IMG/VR virus record: IMGVR_UViG_3300027159_000392
DNA length: 64,000 nucleotides
Source: an uncultured virus (IMG/VR IMGVR_UViG_3300027159_000392)
Lineage: Duplodnaviria; Heunggongvirae; Uroviricota; Caudoviricetes
Reading direction: 5' to 3' (one strand)
The notes beneath the pieces were generated by a model that worked only from the letters and a program-made list of their open reading frames with translations, was not told where the DNA came from and did no database searches. Made by a program: the position numbers and the translations under genes. Below, piece after piece: positions 20,278 through 30,666 of the stretch; positions within the stretch are counted from its first letter, which is position 1, and each line of letters opens with the position of its first letter.

Positions 20278-20870
20278 GTTTTGGATTAGTAGGAACATTT
20301 GAGAAACAAGTTGCTGAGTTCTATGGAGCTGATTACGGTGTAGCAGTAGACTGTTGTACACACGGATTAGAATTGGCTTTGAGATATACAAAGGCAGAAG
20401 AAATCTTAGTTCCTTATCATACTTATCTATCCGTACCTATGTTAGCAGATAAGCTAAATATTAAACGTACATTTATTCACGATGAATGGGAAGATTATTA
20501 CTATATTACAAATAATATTATAGATTCAGCCGTTTATTGGAAAAAAAATTCGTATATTAAAGGTACGTTCATGGTACTTTCTTTTCAATTCCAAAAGCAT
20601 TTAAGTTTAGGAAGAGGAGGTATGATACTAACAGACAATAGGGAGGCATCTCATAAATTAAGATGCATGACTTATGACGGTAGAGACAATTCAAACGGTC
20701 CATGGGCCCAACAAGATATAGAAGAAATAGGATATCATTATTATATGACTCCTGAGGTAGCAACTCAAGGATTGCATTCTTTAAACGATGCAGTAGCTAA
20801 GGTACCAAAGAAGTGGTCATATAAAAATTACCCTAATCTAAATAGTTTTAAAGTATTTAAGAATGGTTAA
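20274..20870 (+). CDS. Short DegT/DnrJ/StrS-family PLP aminotransferase
   Basis: FE..VAEFYG...VAVDCCTHGLELAL; IIDSA; SFQFQKHL..GRGGMILTD; GYHYYM. Only 198 aa. Confidence 0.8.
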   Translation: MSFGLVGTFEKQVAEFYGADYGVAVDCCTHGLELALRYTKAEEILVPYHTYLSVPMLADKLNIKRTFIHDEWEDYYYITNNIIDSAVYWKKNSYIKGTFMVLSFQFQKHLSLGRGGMILTDNREASHKLRCMTYDGRDNSNGPWAQQDIEEIGYHYYMTPEVATQGLHSLNDAVAKVPKKWSYKNYPNLNSFKVFKNG

Positions 20871-21873
20871 CGTAAAAAACGAATACGGTAAATTAAAAGA
20901 AGTAATAGTCGGTAGAGTAGATAATGCAAACCAACCATTTCACGGTACTGACTTACATGCTATTAATTATGCAGATAAGAACTCAATACCTTCATCAGAA
21001 AGAGGTTTATTTGATCCTCAAGTGTATGAAGAGTCTGTTGAAGACCTAGATTTATTAGCAAAAGCATTAGAAGATTTCGGAGCGAAAGTTCACCGACCTA
21101 ATTTGCTAGATACGAAAAAAACTGTGTCTAACGGCTATTGGGAAACAGATCAATACTATACATTCTGCCCTAGAGATACTATGACAGTCATTGGAGATAC
21201 CCTTATAGAATCACCTATGACGTTAAGATCTAGACAGTTTGAGAACGATGCATATAGAGAGCTGTTTATTGATTATATGGACAAAGGAACCAAATGGGTT
21301 TGCGCTCCTAAACCGAGATTGACTGATGATTCGTATCAAAGAGATGACTTAGATAAATTAACATTAACTGAAGTAGAACCTGTATTCGATGCAGCTAATA
21401 TTCTCAGACATAATGACGATATTCTTTACTTAAATTCTAATACAGGAAACAAGAAAGGGTATACTTGGTTAAAGAATATTCTAGGAGATAAATATAAGGT
21501 CCACTTCTTAGAAAATATGTATTCGTATTCTCATATTGATTCTACGATTGCTATTCTTAGAGACGGTCTGGCACTTGTAAATCCGTCAAGAATAAACGAA
21601 AGTAATATGCCAGAACTCTTTAAAGGTTGGGATATTATATATTCTCCTCCGATGGTAGATATTGGATATAAAGGAGTATTAAGAGCATCTGAATGGGTAG
21701 GTATAAATCTAATCTCATTAGACGAGAATACAGTATGTGTGGATAATAGACAAACAGAATTAATTAACGAACTAAAAAAATATAACATAGAAGCATTAGA
21801 CTTAAAGATTAGACACTCTAGAACATTAGGAGGTTCTTTTCACTGTTGTACTGCTGATATGGTAAGAGACTAA
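20863..21873 (+). CDS. Amidinotransferase (glycine/inosamine-phosphate amidinotransferase family)
   Basis: NEYGKLKEVIVGR, CPRD, FDAAN, HIDST and LGGSFHCCT.D catalytic motifs. Confidence 0.9.
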   Translation: MVNVKNEYGKLKEVIVGRVDNANQPFHGTDLHAINYADKNSIPSSERGLFDPQVYEESVEDLDLLAKALEDFGAKVHRPNLLDTKKTVSNGYWETDQYYTFCPRDTMTVIGDTLIESPMTLRSRQFENDAYRELFIDYMDKGTKWVCAPKPRLTDDSYQRDDLDKLTLTEVEPVFDAANILRHNDDILYLNSNTGNKKGYTWLKNILGDKYKVHFLENMYSYSHIDSTIAILRDGLALVNPSRINESNMPELFKGWDIIYSPPMVDIGYKGVLRASEWVGINLISLDENTVCVDNRQTELINELKKYNIEALDLKIRHSRTLGGSFHCCTADMVRD

Positions 21874-21875
21874 TT

Positions 21876-22781
21876 ATGAAATTTACATTAATAGGCGGCG
21901 CAGGATTTATTGGAAGTCAACTAATGACTTATCTGCCACAATTTGGACACGAAGTAAAAGTTATTGATAACTTAACATATGGGCAAAACTTTGGTTACCC
22001 TGATGAAGTGAAGTTAATTAATGACGATGTAAAGAATATAGGTAGATATGAGACTGAACTTAATGAAGCAGATTACGTTTTCTATATGGCATCACCTAGG
22101 TTAAATGAAATAAATGACTTAGAAGAACCATTACCTCATCTTGCAGGATTAAAAACAACCCTTGATATTTGCCAAAACAACAATACTCAGGTAATTTTCT
22201 TTAGTAGCTGTTCTGTTTACGGCTACAGAAAGAATATGGTTAATGAATTATCTACTACTAAAGTAACCTCTTTGTACTCTAAGCTAAAAATAGATTCTGA
22301 AAATCTACTTAAAAAATACGATGAAGATAGGTTTAAAATAGTTAGACTATCAACTTTATTTGGCACATCAGGAGTAGGTAGAAATGATTTACTTGTTAAT
22401 AACTTTGTTAAGGATGTGTTATTTAGCCAATACTTAGAAGTATATGATCCAGAAGCATGGAGACCTAATATCAATATACATACTCTCTGCGGGGTACTAA
22501 AAGAACTTGCAGAAAAAAATGCTTTCCAAAGTATATTAAATATTGGGTATAATATTTTGAATACCACTAAACAGGAATTAATACTTAAAATGGTAACGAG
22601 AAATAAATTAGATTTTACTGTTAAGTATTACTCTCCTGATGATAGTAGGAGCTACAAAGTAGACTTTAGTAAAATGGAAGAGCTGATTGATTTAGAACCT
22701 ATACAATATGTAGACGGAATAGACCAATTAGTAAGTACTTTCAGAGAGGTTATAATAGAACAAAACCAAGACAATGAGTAA
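21876..22781 (+). CDS. NAD-dependent epimerase/dehydratase (extended SDR)
   Basis: GGAGFIG, SSCSVYG, YSKLK. Confidence 0.85.
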   Translation: MKFTLIGGAGFIGSQLMTYLPQFGHEVKVIDNLTYGQNFGYPDEVKLINDDVKNIGRYETELNEADYVFYMASPRLNEINDLEEPLPHLAGLKTTLDICQNNNTQVIFFSSCSVYGYRKNMVNELSTTKVTSLYSKLKIDSENLLKKYDEDRFKIVRLSTLFGTSGVGRNDLLVNNFVKDVLFSQYLEVYDPEAWRPNINIHTLCGVLKELAEKNAFQSILNIGYNILNTTKQELILKMVTRNKLDFTVKYYSPDDSRSYKVDFSKMEELIDLEPIQYVDGIDQLVSTFREVIIEQNQDNE

Positions 22782-23793
22782 AGAAACTATACTAATTACA
22801 GGTGTTGCAGGACTACTAGGAAGTAGGTTAGCTGAATACTACAGAAAAAACTACCCAGATACCAAAATAGTGGGTATAGATAATTTATCAGGAGGATTTA
22901 GAGAGAACGTTCACAAGGATACTATCTTTTATGAGACTGATTTAGTGAGTGAAAACATCCAAGGTATCTTTTCAGCACATCAGCCGGATTATGTTTACCA
23001 TTTTGCTGCATATGCCGCAGAAGGTCTCTCCCCTTTTATAAGAACATATAATTATAATAACAATGTTGTTGCTACTGCAAAGATAGTTAATGAATGTATA
23101 AGAGCTAACGTAAAGAGGTTAGTATTTACGTCTTCTATGGCAGTATACGGTCACGGTTGGGAAGGTAAAAGACCTTTTGATGAAGGAGATATTCCTAAAC
23201 CTATAGACCCGTATGGAATTGCAAAATACGCCTGTGAGATGGATATTCAAGTTGCTGGAGAACAGCACGGATTAGACTGGTGTATTATTAGACCTCATAA
23301 TGTCTACGGTATAGGGCAGAACATATGGGATAAATATAGGAACGTTCTCGGTATCTGGATGTATCAATACATGAATGGACAAGCAATGACAATATTTGGA
23401 GATGGAACTCAGACTAGAGCATTTAGTAATATTGAAGACTGTTTAGAACCTCTATATAAAGCTTCTAAGATAAAAGAAGCATCAAAACAGATTATTAACT
23501 TAGGTGGAATTAAATTTCACAGTATTAACGAATCTAATGCTATTCTTAGAGATGTTATTAAAAACGGTAAAGTTGAGCATGTAGAAGGAAGACATGAAGT
23601 TAAAGATGCTTATCCAACCTGGGCAAAGTCACAGGAGATATTAGGATACGAATATACCGTAGAGTTAAACGAAGGTTTAAGTGAAATGTGGGATTGGGCA
23701 CAACAGCAACCAAAAAGAAAAAGATTCTTTTGGGAAAATTATGAATTAGATAAAGGACTATATAGTTTCTGGAAAGATGAACCTAGTATTTGA
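22774..23793 (+). CDS. NAD-dependent epimerase/dehydratase
   Basis: TGVAGLLG, HFAA, SSMAVYG, YGIAK, GDGTQTRAF. Confidence 0.9.
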   Translation: MSKETILITGVAGLLGSRLAEYYRKNYPDTKIVGIDNLSGGFRENVHKDTIFYETDLVSENIQGIFSAHQPDYVYHFAAYAAEGLSPFIRTYNYNNNVVATAKIVNECIRANVKRLVFTSSMAVYGHGWEGKRPFDEGDIPKPIDPYGIAKYACEMDIQVAGEQHGLDWCIIRPHNVYGIGQNIWDKYRNVLGIWMYQYMNGQAMTIFGDGTQTRAFSNIEDCLEPLYKASKIKEASKQIINLGGIKFHSINESNAILRDVIKNGKVEHVEGRHEVKDAYPTWAKSQEILGYEYTVELNEGLSEMWDWAQQQPKRKRFFWENYELDKGLYSFWKDEPSI

Positions 23794-25120
23794 AAATTTA
23801 GAAACATCTCTTAACCTAGCAGGTGAAGATAAAAATGGCAATGAAAGAATTTGCTTGTCTCCGTATGCTAATAGGTTAAATATACTGAAGACAGAACACA
23901 GAAGCCTTCATGAAAAGAGAACTGAAGATTGGATATTTTTCCAATCAGGAGAAGATAAGATAAAATGGAATATTAATACATACTCTGTAGAAGATGTAGT
24001 TAAAGACCCTAGCATTAAATATATTATCCCAGTAGGAGTTCATGAATCTCCTCTAACTTGGGCAGGATACGCAGGAAAATATAGCACTATATTTGATCTA
24101 GTTAGCGATACATACCTTAAGCATTTACGAGAAGGAAGAGCATACATATTATTTGATAATACTCTTGAGGGCTACCATACTGATTGGCTATTTGATTTCT
24201 TTTACGATGAAGCGGTTAGATTAAGTATTGATCCGAGTAACATAATACTTACAACAGGAAATGCTCAACTAGAACAGAGAGCTGAAGAGTGGGAAAAAAA
24301 GACAGGTAAAAAATGTATTCAGACACTTGGGTATACACATTTTGAATTTGATGTATACCTTAACATAGACCACTATAATAGGAAAGGTCAAAATATTCCT
24401 ACTTATGAAGACCACCTTAAATATAAAGATAACAATCCACTATTAATTAAACCTTATAACTTCCTAAACCGTAAACCTAGGAAGCATAGAATAGCACTTT
24501 TTAATAAACTATTTCATGCAGGGTTACTTCCTGATGGATTAATAAGTATGAACCCCTGGAATGATGAAGTACTTCACGAAGCTGTAGACATAGACGGCTG
24601 GTCTCCTGAAGTACAGCAGTTAGAACATTCACATCAGTTTACCCCAATGCGTTGGGATGGAACAGACAACTTAGCTAACCCTGGAGATAAGATTGCAAGA
24701 CTAAATGAAAAGTCAATGTTAAATTCATGGTGTACTATAGTTAGTGAAGCTCAATTTGACGATTCTCAACAGTCTGTATTTTTATCAGAAAAAGTATTTA
24801 AACCTATAGCATGTAGTCATCCATTTCAAATATTAGGAGCTAAAGGTTCATTGAAAGAACTAAAAAAACTAGGTTACCTTACTTTTGATAATTTATTTGA
24901 TGAATCTTATGATGAGTTAGATAATATAGAAAGATTAGATGCTATAGTAGAAAACATTAACTCTTTAGCTGATAATAACGAATGGCATAATCATTTTCGC
25001 TGGATGAAATCTAGATTGAAATATAATAGAAACGTTTTAACATTTAATGCTCTTTTTAAACCTCCAAAAGGATTTCACAAATTTAATAGATTATGCAATA
25101 CAGCATCAGAAAAAGTTTAA
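23777..25120 (+). CDS. Uncharacterised GT-B-like protein, paralog 1 of 3
   Basis: FLNRKPRKHR; IVSE; FLSEKVFKPI..HPF.ILG..G.L..L...GY.TFD..FDESYD. Confidence 0.55.
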   Translation: MNLVFENLETSLNLAGEDKNGNERICLSPYANRLNILKTEHRSLHEKRTEDWIFFQSGEDKIKWNINTYSVEDVVKDPSIKYIIPVGVHESPLTWAGYAGKYSTIFDLVSDTYLKHLREGRAYILFDNTLEGYHTDWLFDFFYDEAVRLSIDPSNIILTTGNAQLEQRAEEWEKKTGKKCIQTLGYTHFEFDVYLNIDHYNRKGQNIPTYEDHLKYKDNNPLLIKPYNFLNRKPRKHRIALFNKLFHAGLLPDGLISMNPWNDEVLHEAVDIDGWSPEVQQLEHSHQFTPMRWDGTDNLANPGDKIARLNEKSMLNSWCTIVSEAQFDDSQQSVFLSEKVFKPIACSHPFQILGAKGSLKELKKLGYLTFDNLFDESYDELDNIERLDAIVENINSLADNNEWHNHFRWMKSRLKYNRNVLTFNALFKPPKGFHKFNRLCNTASEKV

Positions 25121-26040
25121 AAGTAAATAAAGACTCTAAGTTAATTATAGCTTTAGGAGATTCTTTTGTCGAAGGTCAAGGAGCTGTATCGAAAGAGACA
25201 TGGGAGAAATATGATTGGTCAGAATCTAAAATGACTATGATTAATCCTATGTCTGATGAATTTAATTCCTTAAGAGAAGAGGAACATAATAATGCTTTCG
25301 TTAATGTATTATGTAAAAAACATTTTCCTGATTATACTCCTATTAACTTAGGATATAGAGGTAACGGAAACAGAGCAACAGTAAAAGCTCTAACCACTCT
25401 TCATCCAGACTTAAACTTAGGAGTAGCAAAAGAAAAAATAGTAATATTCTTCGTAGGTCAAATGGTTAGGTTTGACTTTTTTAATAAAGGTCTGAACAAT
25501 AGTCATAACTATTTTCATACAATATGGCCAACTATAACTGATAGCGAAGAAATTGGTCTACAGAACTTATGGAGTGGATATGCTACTGAAGTATACTCAC
25601 CTGTAACTGAAGCTTTAGAAGTTATTTCAAACATTGTCGAAGTACAAAACTGGTGCAAACTTAATAATGCAAAGTTGCTTTTAGTTAATTCTTTTACTCA
25701 TGCTTTTGAAAGAGAAAAACTTATAGACGCTCTTACAGACTTTACACCAGGCTTTAAAGACGAAGATGGACTCATTGTAAACTTAGTAGACACGATAGAT
25801 TGGAGCAACTTAGCTATGCTACCAAAAGGAAGAAAGCAAATGGTAGATGTACTATTAGATAGGGAAAATAGACATGATTTAGCAGGAAATGATCACCTAT
25901 GGTACTTCTGGCCTAGAGAACTTAAAAACTTTACTCCTAAAGGGCTAATGACACCTTGTTCTCATCCATCACCTAAAGGTCATCAACTCATAGCTAAAGT
26001 ATTAGCAAAAGTAATTAAAGGAAAGAAGTATGAGCAATAA
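25093..26040 (+). CDS. SGNH/GDSL-like hydrolase or acyltransferase
   Basis: ALGDSF, NLGYRGNGN, HPSPKGH. Confidence 0.7.
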   Translation: MQYSIRKSLKVNKDSKLIIALGDSFVEGQGAVSKETWEKYDWSESKMTMINPMSDEFNSLREEEHNNAFVNVLCKKHFPDYTPINLGYRGNGNRATVKALTTLHPDLNLGVAKEKIVIFFVGQMVRFDFFNKGLNNSHNYFHTIWPTITDSEEIGLQNLWSGYATEVYSPVTEALEVISNIVEVQNWCKLNNAKLLLVNSFTHAFEREKLIDALTDFTPGFKDEDGLIVNLVDTIDWSNLAMLPKGRKQMVDVLLDRENRHDLAGNDHLWYFWPRELKNFTPKGLMTPCSHPSPKGHQLIAKVLAKVIKGKKYEQ

Positions 26041-27403
26041 GATTGAAAATAGTTACCTACCTATACCTGATACCTGGGACGGATTGGACTGGCTGCAGAT
26101 TAACCTCAGTGAAGAAGGTTATGATTCTATTTTTGCTGGCCCTAGACCTAACGGTACTTCAAAGACTTGGTATAAAAAAGAAACAGGTACTTTTCACTAC
26201 CCTTATAACTTAGGCATCTGGAATTTTTTTGGAGAAACAGGAGAGTGGTTTGATGCTGAAAAATTAGAACTACAGCATCGTCCTCATATTATAGATCCGA
26301 ATCACTGTTTTTATAAAAGTAAAGATAAACTATCAGGCGCTAATCATTTATATATTATAACTGTTTTTAATCCTCAATTCTTTGAATTAAATAGAGAATT
26401 AGGATTTAGTTTAATCGATCAACAATATCAAAATGATATAAGAAACGGTGATGCTGCAGTTGTACTATTTTACCCATGGGAAGGTTATTCCGGAATGGAA
26501 GGAAATGACGATTTTAAAATAGCAGAAGAATGGAGGAAAAAAGCTCATTTTCCTAAAGGATCAGTTCACTTCTTTACTGGAAACTTAGAAGCAGACGGAC
26601 ACGATGATATTAAAAACTCAGGAATAAAAGTACACCCTTATAATACTTTTGATAATTGGAACGCAGATAAATTTGAGGAGCCATTAATTGATTTTATTCC
26701 TAACGATAATAAATTTTTATACCTTAGTTATAATAGAAATCCTAGAGGACCTAGAATTTATTTAGGAGCTAAGTTAATTGAATATAACTTACTCGATAAA
26801 GGTTTAGTTAGTTTAGGTAAACCAGATTGGTGGACTCCAAATAATGTATTAAGAGCAGATGGTATCCGAGATCAAGAGTATGCAAAGCTAAATAAACAAC
26901 TGCCGATAGAGATTGGTAAAAAATTATTCTTTAACCTAGCCTGTAATATAGATTTACAAGATTTTCAATCAACCTTTTGTTCTATAATTACTGAAACTTT
27001 AGTAGAGAACAAAACACTATTCATATCAGAAAAAACATGGAAAGCTATACAAGTAGGACACCCGTTCTTTCTTTTAGGAAACCCAGGTACTCTAAATTAC
27101 TTAAGAAATAGAGGATATAAGACCTTTGATCGATGGTGGGATGAAAGTTACGACCATGTAACGGAATACAGATTAAGAGTAGAAATGATTCTTAAAGAAG
27201 TAGATAGATTTAGCAAAAAAAGTAAAGAAGAGCTGATAGAGATAAGAAAAGAAATGCATGAAGTGTTAGAGTTCAACAAACAACTTCATTATAGAAATAT
27301 GATTCAGAAGTGGGGATACGGAACAAGCGAAAAACCAGAACAAGTCTTAAGAGAACTTTGGGGAATATACGATAAACTAGGCAATGGAAAAGATATTATG
27401 TAG
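26030..27403 (+). CDS. Uncharacterised GT-B-like protein, paralog 2 of 3
   Basis: YLSYNRNPRGPR; SIITET; FISEKTWKAI..GHPF; GYKTFDRWWDESYD. Confidence 0.55.
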   Translation: MSNKIENSYLPIPDTWDGLDWLQINLSEEGYDSIFAGPRPNGTSKTWYKKETGTFHYPYNLGIWNFFGETGEWFDAEKLELQHRPHIIDPNHCFYKSKDKLSGANHLYIITVFNPQFFELNRELGFSLIDQQYQNDIRNGDAAVVLFYPWEGYSGMEGNDDFKIAEEWRKKAHFPKGSVHFFTGNLEADGHDDIKNSGIKVHPYNTFDNWNADKFEEPLIDFIPNDNKFLYLSYNRNPRGPRIYLGAKLIEYNLLDKGLVSLGKPDWWTPNNVLRADGIRDQEYAKLNKQLPIEIGKKLFFNLACNIDLQDFQSTFCSIITETLVENKTLFISEKTWKAIQVGHPFFLLGNPGTLNYLRNRGYKTFDRWWDESYDHVTEYRLRVEMILKEVDRFSKKSKEELIEIRKEMHEVLEFNKQLHYRNMIQKWGYGTSEKPEQVLRELWGIYDKLGNGKDIM

Positions 27404-28715
27404 TAGAGAGCCCTACGACAGTATAATAGGGCACAATAGACCAAACGGCACTTCTAGAACTTGGAATATGCAAGAAGGTGGGAAAATACCCACTCTACTT
27501 CATACTCTTACACCTGATGTAATTAATGCATACATAGAGGATCCAAGTAAGTATAACGATCATCACTATTCTCTTTCATTCCATGAAGATTATGAGGACG
27601 TAGAAATAGAAGACATAGGTGACAATAAACACATCTACATAATTAGAGTTTATAATCATAATTTTTTTAGATTAAACTTAGATACCGGTTTTTCTTGTAT
27701 ATCTAAACTTGTATTAGAGGACATTAAGATAGGTAAGTGTGCCTTAATTATTGAATGTACAACAGAAGGGAAGTATACTAGAACTGCAAACACTGAACTA
27801 GATATAATTGAAAGATGGAGAATCAAAGCTGAGCTACCTGATTATAGCGTAAGCGTAATACACGGTAATTTAATATGTGATACATATGTTAAGGCTAACA
27901 ACCTGAAAATAAATGCATACGGTTGCAGCTCATTCGAAACATTTTTCAATCCACCTGAGGAGTATATAGTCGATGAAGAAAAAATTGTACCTTTTGATGC
28001 TAAAATTAGTAATCCTCAAAAATATTTCTTATCTTACAACAGACAGCCACGTAACCATAGACTTCTTTTTGGATACCTAATGTGGCAAGAAAGAATAATA
28101 AACAAAGGATTGATAAGTTTAAGTTTCCCAAAAAACAGATTAAGATACTCAGACATTTATACAGGTAATGTAATAAACGAAAATTCGTTTAATAAATTTA
28201 GAAGCGAAGGAGAAAGAAGTATTGATATCTCAACTGTAGATAATTTAGCAACAAACTTTACTTTATCAAATTATGAAAGTACATTCCTATCAGTAGTTTC
28301 AGAAACTGTTATGGACCCTGGATGTATATTTTTCTCAGAAAAAATATGGAAACCTATTAGTGTTGGGCATCCTTTTATAATAATGGGTTCACCGTTTTCT
28401 TTAGAGAAACTCAAAGATATGGGATATATGACTTATGATTCTTTATGGGACGAATCTTATGATAAGATAGTTTCTGAAGCTGATAGAGTTATTGCTATTA
28501 CCAGGTTACTAAAAAGCATTACATTAAAATCAGATGATGAACTTAATGAACTTAAGTTAAAGTCTATTCCTATTGCTATACATAATAAGAGAGTATTTAG
28601 AGAGTATATCTCTAAAGAATACAAAGGTAAAGAGAATCTTCATGGAGTTATTCTACCTATTACTAACATTACAAAAAAAATATACGACAACTTAGGGTAC
28701 TCTAAAGACATATGA
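27384..28715 (+). CDS. Uncharacterised GT-B-like protein, paralog 3 of 3
   Basis: FLSYNRQPRNHR; SVVSET; FFSEKIWKPI..GHPF; GYMTYDSLWDESYD; RPNGTS.TW shared with paralog 2. Confidence 0.55.
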   Translation: MEKILCSREPYDSIIGHNRPNGTSRTWNMQEGGKIPTLLHTLTPDVINAYIEDPSKYNDHHYSLSFHEDYEDVEIEDIGDNKHIYIIRVYNHNFFRLNLDTGFSCISKLVLEDIKIGKCALIIECTTEGKYTRTANTELDIIERWRIKAELPDYSVSVIHGNLICDTYVKANNLKINAYGCSSFETFFNPPEEYIVDEEKIVPFDAKISNPQKYFLSYNRQPRNHRLLFGYLMWQERIINKGLISLSFPKNRLRYSDIYTGNVINENSFNKFRSEGERSIDISTVDNLATNFTLSNYESTFLSVVSETVMDPGCIFFSEKIWKPISVGHPFIIMGSPFSLEKLKDMGYMTYDSLWDESYDKIVSEADRVIAITRLLKSITLKSDDELNELKLKSIPIAIHNKRVFREYISKEYKGKENLHGVILPITNITKKIYDNLGYSKDI

Positions 28716-30610
28716 AAAACTTATACTTAATACAAGTAGCGGATAAATATGGTCCTAATAGCTTTTTACCGGTAGCTATTAGCTATCAATGGATGTATGC
28801 TAGTACAAGTAAAGCAGTAAAAGAAAACTTTGAAGTAGCAGACGTATTAATAGAAAAGAAAAATCCACATACATATGTAGATTCTTTAGAAAAAGAACCT
28901 CACGTAGTAATGTTAAGTTCCTATGTCTGGAATTGGGAATATAATAAAGTACTCGCTAAATTAATTAAAGATAAATACCCAGATTGTCTTACTATTACCG
29001 GTGGACCAAATGTAGATAAAAGAGATAAAGAATTCTTTGAAAAGTATCCTATGTTTGATATCGCAGTAATGGGAGAAGGAGAACAGGCTTCAAAAGAAAT
29101 CCTCAGAAGATATTTGAAAGGAGAATCATATGATGATATCCCTCATGTATTTCCTAAAGGCGGTACTTTATGTCCCCTTCCACAAAGGGCAGATAACTTA
29201 AATTTAATTCCCTCACCGATCCTAACAGGTTTTTATGACTGGATTATGGAAAGAGTTGAAAAGGAACATGGTCCTCAAATGTGGCAAGTTACTTACGAAA
29301 CACTTCGAGGTTGTCCCTATAGATGTACTTTTTGTGATATTGGAGATTTATATTGGCAAAAGATTAAAACCTTTGAAATGCCTAGAGTCGAGAAAGAGAT
29401 CGATTGGATGTCTGATAGAAAAATAGAATACGTTGCAGTATGTGACTCTAATTGGGGATTAATGCCAAGAGATGTAGATATAACTAAGTACGTAATAAAA
29501 AAGAAACTCGAAAATGGGTACCCTAAATTCTGGGACGTAACATGGGCTAAAGCTAACTCAGATCGGATATACGAAATAGCAATGTTAGATAAAGAAGCAG
29601 GAACTAGACTCTTTAAAGGAGTTACTTTTGCTATGCAGTCTTTACATCAAGAAACATTAGATGCTTCTAGAAGATTAAACCTTAAATATGATGCTGCTTT
29701 TGAATACTTAGAAAAATACAGAAAAGAAGATATACCTACCTACTCTGAACTAATATGGCCAATGCCAGAAGAAACCTACAGTTCATTAAAAGATGGTATT
29801 CAAAGATTAATTGATTTAGGGCAAAAAGACTTCTTGATGGTACACCCCTTAGTATTAACATTTAATGCTGAAATGGGTCAACCAGAGTATATAGAAAAAC
29901 ACGGACTTCAATTTAGAGACGTCCCGTTAGATACTTTTTACTTAAGTGTAGATGATTTAGAAGACTATATAGTTGAAAAGACCTGGGGTGTTATTGGAAC
30001 TAATGCAGCGAATCCGATTGAAGTATATAGAGGTCATTTATTAGCTCACCTTCTCATAGTCATGTACTATTACGGTTGGGGACATTATCTCTTAGAGTAT
30101 CTAAACTCGAAATACGAATATAAACACATAGACGTTATAGAGAAAATGTTAGAGTACTTTATGGATACAGACACACTTATCGGTAGAGAGTTGCAAGAGA
30201 CGGTAGATTCATTAACTGCAGTTTTTGATAGACAAGAGTTTTGGGGTAGACAGGTATTAGGTGATGATGATGTATTCTGGGAATATAAAGGAGCAACGAG
30301 TATAGTGTTTTATAAGAATATAGACTTACTTAAATCAGAACTCAACAAATTCTGTACAGATAAACTAAAAATAGATGCAACAGATGCTATTGAGTTAAAT
30401 ATTGATATGTGTCATACTAATGATAGAGTATACCCATTTACTAGAACATATAAACTTGACTCAGTAAAACATGCTTTAGGAGTTGAAGAGGAAACACTTA
30501 CATTAGATCATTACGATAAGGAAGAGATGACAGATAAAGAGTTCTTCCACTTAGCCTACCATTATCAAAGAAAGAATAGATACTGGAGGTGTAACATTAA
30601 CCGCGCTTAA
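28712..30610 (+). CDS. Cobalamin-binding radical SAM protein
   Basis: N-terminal SSYVWN...ITGGP...GEGE B12-binding pattern; ET.RGCPYRCTFC; DSNWG. Confidence 0.85.
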   Translation: MKNLYLIQVADKYGPNSFLPVAISYQWMYASTSKAVKENFEVADVLIEKKNPHTYVDSLEKEPHVVMLSSYVWNWEYNKVLAKLIKDKYPDCLTITGGPNVDKRDKEFFEKYPMFDIAVMGEGEQASKEILRRYLKGESYDDIPHVFPKGGTLCPLPQRADNLNLIPSPILTGFYDWIMERVEKEHGPQMWQVTYETLRGCPYRCTFCDIGDLYWQKIKTFEMPRVEKEIDWMSDRKIEYVAVCDSNWGLMPRDVDITKYVIKKKLENGYPKFWDVTWAKANSDRIYEIAMLDKEAGTRLFKGVTFAMQSLHQETLDASRRLNLKYDAAFEYLEKYRKEDIPTYSELIWPMPEETYSSLKDGIQRLIDLGQKDFLMVHPLVLTFNAEMGQPEYIEKHGLQFRDVPLDTFYLSVDDLEDYIVEKTWGVIGTNAANPIEVYRGHLLAHLLIVMYYYGWGHYLLEYLNSKYEYKHIDVIEKMLEYFMDTDTLIGRELQETVDSLTAVFDRQEFWGRQVLGDDDVFWEYKGATSIVFYKNIDLLKSELNKFCTDKLKIDATDAIELNIDMCHTNDRVYPFTRTYKLDSVKHALGVEEETLTLDHYDKEEMTDKEFFHLAYHYQRKNRYWRCNINRA

Positions 30611-30612
30611 AG

Positions 30613-30641
30613 TTGCTTTTTAGCTATTTATATCATATATT
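30613..30641 (+). promoter_or_regulatory. TTG-N20-TATATT promoter with embedded TATTTATA
   Basis: TTG at 30613, TATATT at 30636, TATTTATA at 30625. Confidence 0.6.
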
Positions 30642-30666
30642 GTTATAACAGATTAATACAGTTTCA

